From assembly GCA_015061625.1 (NCBI GenBank), contig SUWG01000008.1:11298-75297 (forward strand): DNA of 64,000 nt. Reading direction: 5' to 3'. The DNA comes from Lentisphaerota bacterium (GTDB lineage Bacteria > Verrucomicrobiota > Lentisphaeria > Victivallales > Victivallaceae). The notes under the pieces were generated by a model. It did not search any database. It saw only the letters and a list, made by a program, of their open reading frames with translations, and had not been told where the DNA came from. Position numbers and translations under genes: made by a program. This document shows positions 43,093 through 53,078 of the stretch, in pieces. Each line of letters opens with the position of its first letter. Within the stretch, counting starts at the first letter, position 1.

Positions 43093-45200
43093 ATATCCGG
43101 AAATTTTTTTGCAGAAGCAAACTGTTTATTCTGCTGTTGTTGCTGGTTTCGGTGCTTTGCGGTTGTCACCATCCTTACGACCGCTATCCGGATGAACATC
43201 CTGAACCATGGACACCCAGTGATATCGAAATGATGCTCGGCGGCGAAGACCCGCTGGAGGGATTCAACCGCTCCATGTTCAGTTGTACTGATTTTCTGAT
43301 GTGCTATGTGGCTGATCCGCTGGGCAGAGTTTATACCACGATCTTTCCCCGGCCTTTCATCACGCACTTCAACAATGTCTGTGTCAATCTGGAATATCCG
43401 GGGCGGGCGGTGAGTTCTCTTTTACAGGCCGAATGGCACGCTGCCGGCACGGAAACGTTGCGTTTTCTGGCGAACAGCACTCTGGGTATCGCCGGTATAT
43501 TTGATGTGGCGCAGGCGTGGTGGTATATTCCGCCGGCGGAAGCGGATTTCGGTCAGGCCTTTGCCCGCTGGGGCATCGGGCCGGGGCATACGTTGATTCT
43601 GCCGCTGGCTCCAACGCTGAATGGCCGGGATCTTATCGGTCTGCTTTTTGATACGGCATTTGATTTGAAAACGTACATTCCTTACGCCGGGTATGCGACA
43701 TTTCTGAACCGGATGACGCTGGCGCAAAGTGCGTATTCGATGGTTACCGACAGTTCTGTGGATCCTTATAAGAACTACCGTCAGATGATGCTGGTGCGCC
43801 GGGAATTGCAGCTGCGGATGTGGTTTTATAAGGAGGCATACCGGCAGATGGAAGCGTGGCAGGCGGAACAGAAGGCGAAAGAGGAAGGCACTTTTGCTGC
43901 ACCGGCAGAGTATATTCCGCCGGAAAGACCGGAAAATCTGCCATTCGGCAATTATTGTAAACTGCATAACTATTATCCGCAGGGCAGTGAAACAGATTCG
44001 TTGCGGGTGAGCCTTTTCAGCATCCAGCGGGATCGTGATTGGTGGTATATGCCGCTGTCGCTTTTCAACAGTGACTTTCTGTATGACGGTTACTGCCGGG
44101 AAGTGGAGTTGGTGCCGGAGCGGCCGGGGTTGCGTTATTGTTTCTGGAAAGCTCCGGAAGTTCCGGAAGATGCTCCGGAATTGCCGGAAAAACTGGTCAT
44201 CATGCTTTCCGGTATCGGCGGGATCTATACCAACGGCACGATGGTGGCTCTGGCGGAACAATTCCACAATGCCGGATATAAGGTACTGACCCTTGACAGT
44301 ACATTCAACTGGCGTTTTGTGGTGGCAGACGGTGAATGCCGTTTGCCCGGATATCTGCCGGATGATGCCCGGCGGGTGAGAAATGCGGTGTTGGCCGTGC
44401 TGGCTGATTTGCGGGAAAGAGAGTGGATAAATGATCCGGAGATCATATTCTGCGGTTACAGCATGGGCGGGATCCAGACGTTGAAACTGGCGGAATTGGA
44501 GGAGAATGATCCGCAGATCGGGGTGAGCCGTTTTATTGCGGTAAATCCGCCGGTATCTCTGGAAGCGGCATTGAAAAAGATCGATTCACTGGTTGCCGGC
44601 AGTGCCGGATGGACCAAGAGCGAAATGCGGGAAAGATTGCTGGCCGTGGCCGGACAACTGATGTTGAAGTTCATGCCGCACTATCTGCACGTTGATGAGG
44701 ACAGCACTCTGGAAGATTACCGGAAATATATGTTGCCGGTCGATCCGGTTTCGGCACGGGTGGTGGCGGGAATATTTCTCAAAATGTCGATGCGGGAAAT
44801 GTTATTTGCTGTCCACCGGGAGCGGCCGCTGGCGGATTTCCCGGAGTACCGCTGGGGCAGGAGAACAGAGTTGTATCAGGCCTTGGATAAGGTGACATTT
44901 GAGGATTATGCTTACCGGATATTGACGCCGCAGTATCCGGGGAAAAGTACAGCAGAGTTGCTGGCCATGAGCAGTTTGCGTTCGATCGAGGGCGTGTTGC
45001 GTAATTCGCCGAAGATCCGGGTGTTTCACAACATCGACGATTTTCTGGTCACTCCGGAAGAAAAGGTCTGGCTGGATGAAGTTTTGAAAGACCGTCTGAC
45101 CTGGTTTTCCAATGGCGGGCATCTGGGTAATCTGTATTACAAGACGGTTTTGCAGCAGATCGTTGCCGCCGCCGACACGTCTGCGGCAAGCGGAGAGTAA
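43089..45200 (+). CDS. MlaA/VacJ-family lipoprotein fused to a C-terminal alpha/beta-hydrolase domain
   Basis: Lipobox 'LLVSVLCGC'. 'GFNRSMFSCTDFLMCYVADPLGRVYTTIFP...NNVCVNLEYPGRAVSSLLQ...RFLANSTLGIAGIFDVA' is the MlaA signature. Nucleophile elbow 'GYSMGG' at ~44453-44470. ATGA overlap with the MFS gene. Confidence 0.7.
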   Translation: MNIRKFFCRSKLFILLLLLVSVLCGCHHPYDRYPDEHPEPWTPSDIEMMLGGEDPLEGFNRSMFSCTDFLMCYVADPLGRVYTTIFPRPFITHFNNVCVNLEYPGRAVSSLLQAEWHAAGTETLRFLANSTLGIAGIFDVAQAWWYIPPAEADFGQAFARWGIGPGHTLILPLAPTLNGRDLIGLLFDTAFDLKTYIPYAGYATFLNRMTLAQSAYSMVTDSSVDPYKNYRQMMLVRRELQLRMWFYKEAYRQMEAWQAEQKAKEEGTFAAPAEYIPPERPENLPFGNYCKLHNYYPQGSETDSLRVSLFSIQRDRDWWYMPLSLFNSDFLYDGYCREVELVPERPGLRYCFWKAPEVPEDAPELPEKLVIMLSGIGGIYTNGTMVALAEQFHNAGYKVLTLDSTFNWRFVVADGECRLPGYLPDDARRVRNAVLAVLADLREREWINDPEIIFCGYSMGGIQTLKLAELEENDPQIGVSRFIAVNPPVSLEAALKKIDSLVAGSAGWTKSEMRERLLAVAGQLMLKFMPHYLHVDEDSTLEDYRKYMLPVDPVSARVVAGIFLKMSMREMLFAVHRERPLADFPEYRWGRRTELYQALDKVTFEDYAYRILTPQYPGKSTAELLAMSSLRSIEGVLRNSPKIRVFHNIDDFLVTPEEKVWLDEVLKDRLTWFSNGGHLGNLYYKTVLQQIVAAADTSAASGE

Positions 45201-45289
45201 CGGAAATCAACCGCCCGCCGAGGCGTTTCACCCCTCCGGCGATTTGCCTGTCAGTATGCGGCAAGCAAATCGACCGTAATGCAGGCAAA

Positions 45290-47428
45290 TCAGTAAATAA
45301 AGAGCATTTCGCGGTATTTGGGTAGCGGCCAGCGGGAGTCGTCAACTTGATATTCAAGGGCATCGACAGCCCGGCGGAGCCGTTCCAAAGCGGAAAGTAT
45401 TTCGGTATGTTCGCCGCAGATGGAGCGTTGGAGTTCATCGCTGGCGATATTGAGTTCATCCAGAGAAAGTCCGAGTCTTTCGCTGACAGAATCGAGTGCG
45501 TCGATACCGTATTTCCGCTGTGAAGCATTGGCTTGAGCGAGGGTATTGCAGAGCCGGCGGAATTCATCGACGGCGGCGGGAGTGATCATGCTGCGGGCGA
45601 TTTCCAGAGCGATACCGGCTTCGATACGGAGTTTGCGGTAGTATTCTTCCAGAATGATCTCATGGCGTGAATCGATCTCTGATTTTGAAAGCACGCCATA
45701 TTTTTCCATAAGAGCCTGATTGTCAGGATTGAGCAGGGGAGATATCGCTTCGATGGTGCTGCGCAGATTGGGCAGACCGCGCCGGGCGGCTTCCTGCACC
45801 CACTCTTTGCTGTAGTTATCGCCGTTGAAAATGATCCGTTTATGCTGACGGATGATCTGCTGAAGGATTTTTTGCAGTTCACTGTTGAAATCTTCACCGG
45901 AAATGTGTTCCAGTTTTTCGGAAATGAAGTCAAAAGATTCGGCGACGATGGTATTGAGAACCATATTCACCGCAGAACATGACTGCCCGGAACCGGGGGC
46001 ACGGAATTCAAATTTATTGCCGGTAAAGGCAAATGGGCTGGTGCGGTTGCGGTCGGTGGCGTCACGGGGCAGCGGCGGCAGCATATCGGCACCGATCTTG
46101 AGGGCGCCGGGGCGGCTTTTTGCACCGGTGACACTGCCGTTTTCGATTTGTTCGATAACTTCGGTAAGCTGATCGCCGAGGAAAATGGAAATGATCGCCG
46201 GAGGAGCCTCATTGGCACCGAGGCGGTGATCGTTTCCGGCACTGGCGGTAACGGCCCGGAGCAGGTCGCTATGCAGATCGACAGCGCGGATGACGGCACA
46301 GAGCGCAGTTAAAAAGATGGCGTTGCGATGGGGGTCACTGCCGGGTTTGAGCAAACTCAAATCGCCGTAATCGACAGACCAGTTGCAGTGTTTACCGGAA
46401 CCGTTGACGCCGAAAAACGGTTTTTCGTGCATCAGGCAGACCAGGTTGTGACGGTCGGCGACGACCCGGAGAACTTCCATAATGAGCATATTGTGATCGA
46501 CGGCGAGATTGAGTTCTTCAAATCTGGGAGCGATCTCAAACTGTGCCGGAGCGGCCTCATTGTGGCGGGTTTTTGCGGGGATGCCGAGTTTCCAGAGTTC
46601 TCTTTCCACTTCGGTCATAAAGGCGAGGATCCGTGGTTTGATCGAGCCGAAGTAGTGATCTTCCATCTGCTGATGTTTCGGCGGCGGTGCGCCGAAAAGG
46701 GTGCGGCCGGTCTGCATGAGATCGGGTCGCTGGAGATAGAAAAGTTTGTCGATGAGGAAATATTCCTGTTCTGCGCCCAGAGTTACCATGACCCGTTTTT
46801 CCGGATGGTTGAAGTTTTTCATCAGGCGGGTCGTGGAACGGTTGAGAGCCTGTATCGAGCGCAGAAGCGGGGTTTTTTTATCCAGAGCTTCTCCGGTGAA
46901 ACTGCAGAAAGCCGTGGGGATACAGAGCGTGGCACCGTTGCTGTGGCGTTTGATGAATGCCGGACTGGTCGGGTCCCATGCGGTATATCCGCGCGCTTCA
47001 AAGGTACAGCGCAATCCGCCGGAAGGAAAACTGGAAGCGTCAGTTTCGCCGCCGATGAGGTTTTTACCGGAAAATTCCATAAGGGCTTTGCCGTTGGCAT
47101 CGAGTTCCAGAAAGGCATCGTGTTTTTCGGCGGTGCCGCCGTTGAGCGGTTGGAACCAGTGGGTGAAGTGGGTCGCCCCTCTTTCCATGGCCCAGTTTTT
47201 CATTGCCAGAGCGATATCCCCGGCCAGAGCGGGGTCGAGGGGGCGGCCGAAGTTGATGGTTTTTTCCAGCGCATCGATAACCGAACCGGGCAGATATTGT
47301 CGCATGACATCGGTGGTAAAGACGTCACTGGCGAAATCATTCATGGATACGGGAGTTCCCGGCATGGGGATATATCCATTGCGAACTGCGATCCGGTTGA
47401 CCGCATCTGCCCGGTTGCTGTTGTTCAT
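45290..47428 (-). CDS. glnN: Glutamine synthetase type III
   Basis: About 710 aa. 'FASDVFTTDVMRQYLP', 'AMKNWAMERGATHFTHWFQPLNGGTAEKHDAF' and 'HNEAAPAQFEIAPRFE' are typical of GSIII. Track start 47446 is TTG, and the ATG is at 47428. Confidence 0.9.
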   Translation of the reverse strand: MNNSNRADAVNRIAVRNGYIPMPGTPVSMNDFASDVFTTDVMRQYLPGSVIDALEKTINFGRPLDPALAGDIALAMKNWAMERGATHFTHWFQPLNGGTAEKHDAFLELDANGKALMEFSGKNLIGGETDASSFPSGGLRCTFEARGYTAWDPTSPAFIKRHSNGATLCIPTAFCSFTGEALDKKTPLLRSIQALNRSTTRLMKNFNHPEKRVMVTLGAEQEYFLIDKLFYLQRPDLMQTGRTLFGAPPPKHQQMEDHYFGSIKPRILAFMTEVERELWKLGIPAKTRHNEAAPAQFEIAPRFEELNLAVDHNMLIMEVLRVVADRHNLVCLMHEKPFFGVNGSGKHCNWSVDYGDLSLLKPGSDPHRNAIFLTALCAVIRAVDLHSDLLRAVTASAGNDHRLGANEAPPAIISIFLGDQLTEVIEQIENGSVTGAKSRPGALKIGADMLPPLPRDATDRNRTSPFAFTGNKFEFRAPGSGQSCSAVNMVLNTIVAESFDFISEKLEHISGEDFNSELQKILQQIIRQHKRIIFNGDNYSKEWVQEAARRGLPNLRSTIEAISPLLNPDNQALMEKYGVLSKSEIDSRHEIILEEYYRKLRIEAGIALEIARSMITPAAVDEFRRLCNTLAQANASQRKYGIDALDSVSERLGLSLDELNIASDELQRSICGEHTEILSALERLRRAVDALEYQVDDSRWPLPKYREMLFIY

Positions 47429-47501
47429 TGGGTGAAAACCTTTCAATATGAAGTTATGACATTTTCATAATATACAGGAAGAATGCTTTTTCTGCAAGCG
47501 G

Positions 47502-49664
47502 TTATTTGCGGAAAATGTCACATACCTCCTGGGGATTTGCGGCATTGAGTATGCGCTGGATATTTTCTTCATCGCCGAGTATCGCGCTGATGGTGGCCAG
47601 ACATTCGATATGCGGAGAATCGGCACTTTGCGGGCTGAGGCACAATACGAAAATCCGGCTCGGCTGACCGTCGAGGGAATCAAAATTGTAACCGTCGTGC
47701 CGGATACCGATGGCGACGGTCAGTTTTTTGACTGTATCGGTGCGGGCGTGGGGCAGGGCGATACCGTTTTGCAAACAGGTGGAAGCGACATTCTCGCGCT
47801 TGATGACTTCCTGAAGACAGGTCCGGGCATCGGAAATGAGCTTCTTTTGTGCCAGCACGGAGATCAATTCATTGAAAACGCCGTTTTTGTCGTTGGATTT
47901 GAGTTCCATGATGACCGGTTTGGTCACGAGAGCCTTGTCGAGCATGGAACGGTGGAGATGGCGGTTTTCCGGAGCGAAATCGGCAGGGGAGGCGAGGAAA
48001 TCTTTCCGCACTTCCGCCGGATCGGCGGCCTGTTTGAGGTGTTCGAGTTCCAGATGGATGTGGACGATGGTCTCAAACATGATGGCTTTGATGAAAGGCA
48101 CTTCATCGGGGTTGGATTCAAAGGTCAATTCAGCGTTATTCACGATCAGGGCAAATGAGAGATCATTTTTCCGGATCTGCATAACGCCGCTTTCTTTATC
48201 CAGTTGGGAAAGCATATAATCTTCCCGTTTGAGGTTTTCTTCCAGATGGCGGAGGATGAATTCAGCCAGCACTTGAGTCTGGAAGTTGAAACAGGTATGC
48301 ACTACCGACATATCCTTGCCCTCTTTGCGCACACCGGAACCGGGGGATTTGAGAATGATGCTCAACAGCGGCGGAGCAAGCAACGTCGTGAGCAGTGTCA
48401 TGATCACCGCCACGCCGAAAAGGTTGGCATCCAGCACCGGTTTGCCGTTATAGATGGTGGTCATACCGATACCGGCAATGATCAAAGCCACTTCACCGCG
48501 GGGAACCATGCCGGTACCGATACGCAAAGCACCTTTGATATTGAAATTCATGAATAATGCGGGCAGGGCGCAGCCGATGACTTTGGCGGCAATGGCGAGG
48601 ATAGAGTAGATCAGACCGATTTTCAAAACTTGCATATCGGCAAAAACCCGGATATCCACCAGCATACCCATCACCACAAAAAACACCGGCACTAAAAACT
48701 GGTAAAGTCCGCGCAGAGAACGTTGTAACGCAAAGGAGATATCCGTTTTGGAAAGGCTCAATCCGGTGACGTAAGCACCGATGATCATCGCCAGACCCTG
48801 CTGTTCAAAAAGTCCGGCGGCGATCAGGGCGATACCGAATGAGAGCGTGGCATAGACCGTGGGGGATTTGAAGCGTTTGAGCAATTTTGCCACACTGCCG
48901 GCGACGATCAATCCCGCCGCTGTGGCCAGCAGCCAGAAAAGGATGCATTTCAATGAAATCAGACCGATTTGGCCCCAATCCGTGCCGCCGTCACCGGGAA
49001 CGGATACGATGCCCATGACGACCGCCAGACAGATGATACCCAAAACATCATCGATAACAGCGGCGGCAAGAGTGGTCACACCTTCCGGGGTGTCGATCTT
49101 CTTTTGTTCAGAAAGGATCCGGGCGGTGATGCCGACGCTGGTCGCTGTGCTTAAAATGCCGAGGAAAAGGGAACAGGGGTGCATGAAGGGCAGATCGAGC
49201 ATGAATACTCCGATACCGGCACCGAAAAGAAAGGAGAAGATCACACCGCCCACGCCGACCAGAGTGCCGGCCAGTGAATAGCGGATGAACATCCGCAAAT
49301 CAGTTTCCAGACCGGACATGAAAAGCAGCAGCACGGAACCGACCGTGGCCAGCGCATAAAGAGATGAGTGGTAACTTTGGAAAGTAACATTGTTGATCAC
49401 GGCTTCGCCGGTTATGGCTTCTCCGGAAACGGTGATGCTTTGCAGTACCCCGAAAAGACCGTTTTCCATGCCGTGCAACCCCAGCGGGATACCGCCGAGC
49501 AGATAAGGACCGATGATGATACCGGCGAGCAATTCCCCCAGCACCGAGGGCATTTTGATTTTTTTACAGAAGTCACCGCAGAATCTGGCGGCGAAGATGA
49601 TCACGCCCAGTTGCAACGCCAGAATGGCTATCTGCTGGACGATCGAAAGATGAAAATTCAACAT
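47502..49664 (-). CDS. CPA2-type cation:proton antiporter fused to a C-terminal PTS EIIA (Fru/Mtl/Ntr-type) domain
   Basis: About 12 N-terminal TM helices ('LPSVLGELLAGIIIGP'). C-terminal 'VASTCLQNGIALPHARTDTVKKLTVAIGI' carries the EIIA-2 active-site His (codon ~47748-47750). Confidence 0.8.
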   Translation of the reverse strand: MLNFHLSIVQQIAILALQLGVIIFAARFCGDFCKKIKMPSVLGELLAGIIIGPYLLGGIPLGLHGMENGLFGVLQSITVSGEAITGEAVINNVTFQSYHSSLYALATVGSVLLLFMSGLETDLRMFIRYSLAGTLVGVGGVIFSFLFGAGIGVFMLDLPFMHPCSLFLGILSTATSVGITARILSEQKKIDTPEGVTTLAAAVIDDVLGIICLAVVMGIVSVPGDGGTDWGQIGLISLKCILFWLLATAAGLIVAGSVAKLLKRFKSPTVYATLSFGIALIAAGLFEQQGLAMIIGAYVTGLSLSKTDISFALQRSLRGLYQFLVPVFFVVMGMLVDIRVFADMQVLKIGLIYSILAIAAKVIGCALPALFMNFNIKGALRIGTGMVPRGEVALIIAGIGMTTIYNGKPVLDANLFGVAVIMTLLTTLLAPPLLSIILKSPGSGVRKEGKDMSVVHTCFNFQTQVLAEFILRHLEENLKREDYMLSQLDKESGVMQIRKNDLSFALIVNNAELTFESNPDEVPFIKAIMFETIVHIHLELEHLKQAADPAEVRKDFLASPADFAPENRHLHRSMLDKALVTKPVIMELKSNDKNGVFNELISVLAQKKLISDARTCLQEVIKRENVASTCLQNGIALPHARTDTVKKLTVAIGIRHDGYNFDSLDGQPSRIFVLCLSPQSADSPHIECLATISAILGDEENIQRILNAANPQEVCDIFRK

Positions 49665-49765
49665 AAAACAAAATCCTGTATCTGGTTATATTTTTCCGGT
49701 CCGGGCAAAAAATCCCCGTGATCCTGTCCTTTCCGGAATGTAATCGTGTTATAGCAATATGATGA

Positions 49766-50131
49766 TCACCCGTAAAAAGGCCCGGCCCGGTCGGCAATGG
49801 CGTGTTTGTGTATCTGCCCGGTGAAAATCCCGCCGGTACCGATGGAAAAGAGCAGATGTTCAGAGGAGAAAGGAATTTTCGGTTCACCGGTATTCTCCGC
49901 AGCGGTGAATTGCAGATCATTACTTTCCGGTTCATTTCTCTGCGCTCTGGAACTATTCAGAAAGAGGGAGGTTACCGGCAGATATTCCGGTGACGGTGCG
50001 GGAATGTTATTCTGCGAAATGGTGTCAGCAAGGTGACACTCATGACTTCCGGCGGTGGCAGACAGCGGAAAAATGCTGAAAAGGATCAGCAGTATCATGA
50101 CGTGCCGTTTTCTGATAAAGTTCCAGATCAT
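49766..50131 (-). CDS. Small secreted hypothetical protein
   Basis: From ATG 50131: 'MIWNFIRKRHVMILLILFSIFPLSATAG...', a signal-peptide-like start. It lies 17 nt after the upstream stop. No family recognised. Confidence 0.4.
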   Translation of the reverse strand: MIWNFIRKRHVMILLILFSIFPLSATAGSHECHLADTISQNNIPAPSPEYLPVTSLFLNSSRAQRNEPESNDLQFTAAENTGEPKIPFSSEHLLFSIGTGGIFTGQIHKHAIADRAGPFYG

Positions 50132-50147
50132 GATGATACCCTGTGTG

Positions 50148-51746
50148 TCAGTTTCGGAACCATGTCCAGAGCCGCATGGATGCGGCCGCAATGAAAAGTA
50201 ACGGTATGCTCCACTGTGTCTGCTGGATCATGCTGACCAGAAATGCTCCGGCGGCAAAGCCCAGAAAACGTACCGGTTCGCTTTCGCAGTCGCGTTTGCT
50301 GTAAAGATCGCCATCCAGCCCGGCGAAGAAAAATCCGCCGGAAACCAGAGAAATCAATGCGGCGATCCAGTTGCCGAACCATGCTCCGATCAGACCCAGC
50401 AGGGAAAGCAGACCGATGTAGCGGTTGCGCCGGTCATGCTTGACCGGACGGCGGTAGATCCACATTACCGCACTGATGATGATCAGCGAATTGATCGCCG
50501 GAGTGACCAGCGAATTGGCGGTGAAAAGTGACGGCATATTCAATAATGTTACCGGAATAAGCAAAGCAACAAGCATGGTGTAGCCGGTGCAGTTGAGCAA
50601 AATCCGGAATGTTTCCGTATTGCCCTGCTGTTTTTTGGTATGGAGTATCCGGATGATCGCCAGCAGACAGAGTGCGCCGAGCGCGTATTTCAGCAAGCTG
50701 AAAAAGTTTTTGCGTTCCGGTTGATCGGGAGTGATGACCTCATCCCTGAAGTCGATCAGCATACCGGTCAGGCCGCCTTCGACCGGGGCGGCTTGCGGTG
50801 CTTTGCGGAAGTGCCTGGTCAACTGTGCATCCATCGCCGCCGGATCGAGAGTCAACTCCCGCCCCGGCGAGGTGACGGCAAAATTGCCTTCTGAACCGGG
50901 GAGGATATGCCATTGTAATTGAGGAAGCAAATGACAATATTCTCTGGGGATGACCAGCACTCCGTTGCGGCGCAATGCCCGGTAAAGTGAAGCCATACTG
51001 CGGTTGTTTTCCGACATACCGCAGACGATTACCACATCGGAACCCGGCGGCACCGTGCCGGGCAATTCCGGCAGAAAGAGCAGATCACAGACCATATTCA
51101 ACTCATTGGCACAGCGCAGATGATCGTCGGTATTGCCGCCGACAAAAACTATTTTCGGGTATCGTTCCGGATCATTTTCATCATCCGGCACCAGCCCGAA
51201 TGCGCTGATGACCGTGCCGGTATCGATCCAGTGACAGTTGCTTTGTTGCGGTGCCGGGGTGAAGCAATACATATAAAACGCACTTAAAAGGAGCATTTCC
51301 AAAGTGCAGAACCATGAATATTGCAACCCGCCGTAAAGGAGCATCATCACCGTCAGTGCCGGAGCGAAAAGGTCGTTGGCGGCGAATACTCCGGCCAGAA
51401 TACCGCCGATCATCAGACCGCCGCAGAAGTTGCGGGAGATGCGCCAGTTGCGGATCATCTGCAAATTTCCGCCGTACCATAAGCCGAAAGTCAGAGGCAG
51501 AATTACCGAGCGGATCTCGGAAGGATCGAGCAGCAAAACTATGCAGAAAAGCAGCGCCGGCCCGGTTTGACGCCATGATTCAGGCATGAAACGGGTCAGG
51601 CTGATCCCGGTACCGATTAATAGAGCATTGATACCGATGAACCACCACTCCGGGCAGGAAAGTATCTCCATTGTCCACAAATGCCCCCAGCCGATGCCGA
51701 TGGCGAACAACAGCAATCCAGACAGATTGTCCTTGAGTTTCTGCAT
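50148..51746 (-). CDS. Polytopic membrane protein with a central Rossmann-like (spermidine-synthase-like?) soluble domain
   Basis: Multiple TM helices at both ends. Central 'KIVFVGGNTDD...DVVIVCG...LRRNGVLVI' resembles the degenerate SAM-MTase/spermidine-synthase pattern. Function is tentative. Confidence 0.6.
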   Translation of the reverse strand: MQKLKDNLSGLLLFAIGIGWGHLWTMEILSCPEWWFIGINALLIGTGISLTRFMPESWRQTGPALLFCIVLLLDPSEIRSVILPLTFGLWYGGNLQMIRNWRISRNFCGGLMIGGILAGVFAANDLFAPALTVMMLLYGGLQYSWFCTLEMLLLSAFYMYCFTPAPQQSNCHWIDTGTVISAFGLVPDDENDPERYPKIVFVGGNTDDHLRCANELNMVCDLLFLPELPGTVPPGSDVVIVCGMSENNRSMASLYRALRRNGVLVIPREYCHLLPQLQWHILPGSEGNFAVTSPGRELTLDPAAMDAQLTRHFRKAPQAAPVEGGLTGMLIDFRDEVITPDQPERKNFFSLLKYALGALCLLAIIRILHTKKQQGNTETFRILLNCTGYTMLVALLIPVTLLNMPSLFTANSLVTPAINSLIIISAVMWIYRRPVKHDRRNRYIGLLSLLGLIGAWFGNWIAALISLVSGGFFFAGLDGDLYSKRDCESEPVRFLGFAAGAFLVSMIQQTQWSIPLLFIAAASMRLWTWFRN

Positions 51747-51802
51747 AGTATTTTACTGCTCAAGGGGGGAGATCCCCCCTTGAATAGAATTTGATTCAGC
51801 CG

Positions 51803-53050
51803 TTACTTGACCGGAGCTTCGATCTTGTCAAATCCGGTGTAGGGCCGCAGAACTTCCGGCACGATGATCGAACCATCAGCCTGCTGGAAGTTTTCCATGA
51901 TGCAGATCAGCATCCGGTCAGTTGCCGCCGTGGCACTGATCGTATGGACAAATCCGCGATCGTCACCGTCTTTGTAACGGATGTTGAGGCGGCGGCTCTG
52001 GAATTCGGTCAAATTGGTGTTGCTGGTGACTTCACGGTAACCGCCGAAACTGGGGAAGTACGCTTCGATATCGTACTTTTTGTAACCCGGTGCGCCGAGG
52101 TCGCCCACGCAGACGTTGACCACATGATAGGGCAGACCGAGAGCCTGCAGCAGAGCTTCTTCATTTTCCAGACAGAATTCATGATATTTGGGGGATTCTT
52201 CCGGTTTGCAGAAAACGATCTGCTCCACTTTGTGGAACTGATGGACCCGGAAAATTCCTTTGGAAGCCCGGCCGTAACTGCCCGCTTCCGTGCGGAAACA
52301 GGGGGTGTAAGCCGTGTAGCACAGCGGCAGAGATGCGCCGTCAAGCACATCGTCGGCATGGTAGCCGACCAGAGTCTGTTCACTGGTGCCGATCAAAGCG
52401 AGATCTTCGCCGGTGATATTGTAGGTCTGATCGGCGAAAAATGGCAGATAACCGGTACCGAAAAGGGTACGTTCTTTGGCCAGACAGGGGGTCATAAAGA
52501 CGGTGAAGCCTCTTTCAGCGAGGAACTTCTGCACCCAGAAGAAGAATGCCTGGGCGAGCATGGCACCTTTGCCTTTCCAGTAATAAAAACCGGTCTGGGC
52601 GACTTTTGAACCGCGGGCGATGTCGAGGATGTCGAGCATTTCGCCGAGCTGCTGGTGATCTTTGATTTCAAAATCGAATTGACGGATGGTGCCGACTTTA
52701 CGCAATTCCACGTTGCCGGTGTCGTCGGTGCCTTCCGGCACATCCGGGGCGAGGAGATTCGGCATCCGGATCAACACCTGACGGATTCGTTCCTGCAGAG
52801 AATCAAGTTTATTCTCTTTTTCGCCGAGCTGGAGTTTGATCTGTTTGACCTGATCTCTGGCGGCGGGATCTTTGGCGCATTCTTTGCTCAAGCGGTTGCG
52901 TTCGCCGCGCAGGGCTTCGATTTCGGTGTTGAGAGTACGGCAGTCGGCATCCAGTTTCACCAGACCGTCGATGTCGATGGGGTAACCGCGGCGGATGCAG
53001 TTTTGACGCACCATTTCCGCATTTTCACGGATGATTTTAATATCGATCAT
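51803..53050 (-). CDS. serS: Seryl-tRNA synthetase
   Basis: N-terminal coiled-coil arm 'MIDIKIIRENAEMVRQN...'. Class II motifs 'CFRTEAGS' and 'GIFRVHQFHKVE'. Confidence 0.95.
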   Translation of the reverse strand: MIDIKIIRENAEMVRQNCIRRGYPIDIDGLVKLDADCRTLNTEIEALRGERNRLSKECAKDPAARDQVKQIKLQLGEKENKLDSLQERIRQVLIRMPNLLAPDVPEGTDDTGNVELRKVGTIRQFDFEIKDHQQLGEMLDILDIARGSKVAQTGFYYWKGKGAMLAQAFFFWVQKFLAERGFTVFMTPCLAKERTLFGTGYLPFFADQTYNITGEDLALIGTSEQTLVGYHADDVLDGASLPLCYTAYTPCFRTEAGSYGRASKGIFRVHQFHKVEQIVFCKPEESPKYHEFCLENEEALLQALGLPYHVVNVCVGDLGAPGYKKYDIEAYFPSFGGYREVTSNTNLTEFQSRRLNIRYKDGDDRGFVHTISATAATDRMLICIMENFQQADGSIIVPEVLRPYTGFDKIEAPVK

Positions 53051-53078
53051 TTTAACGATTCCTTATTCCGGTGATTGA

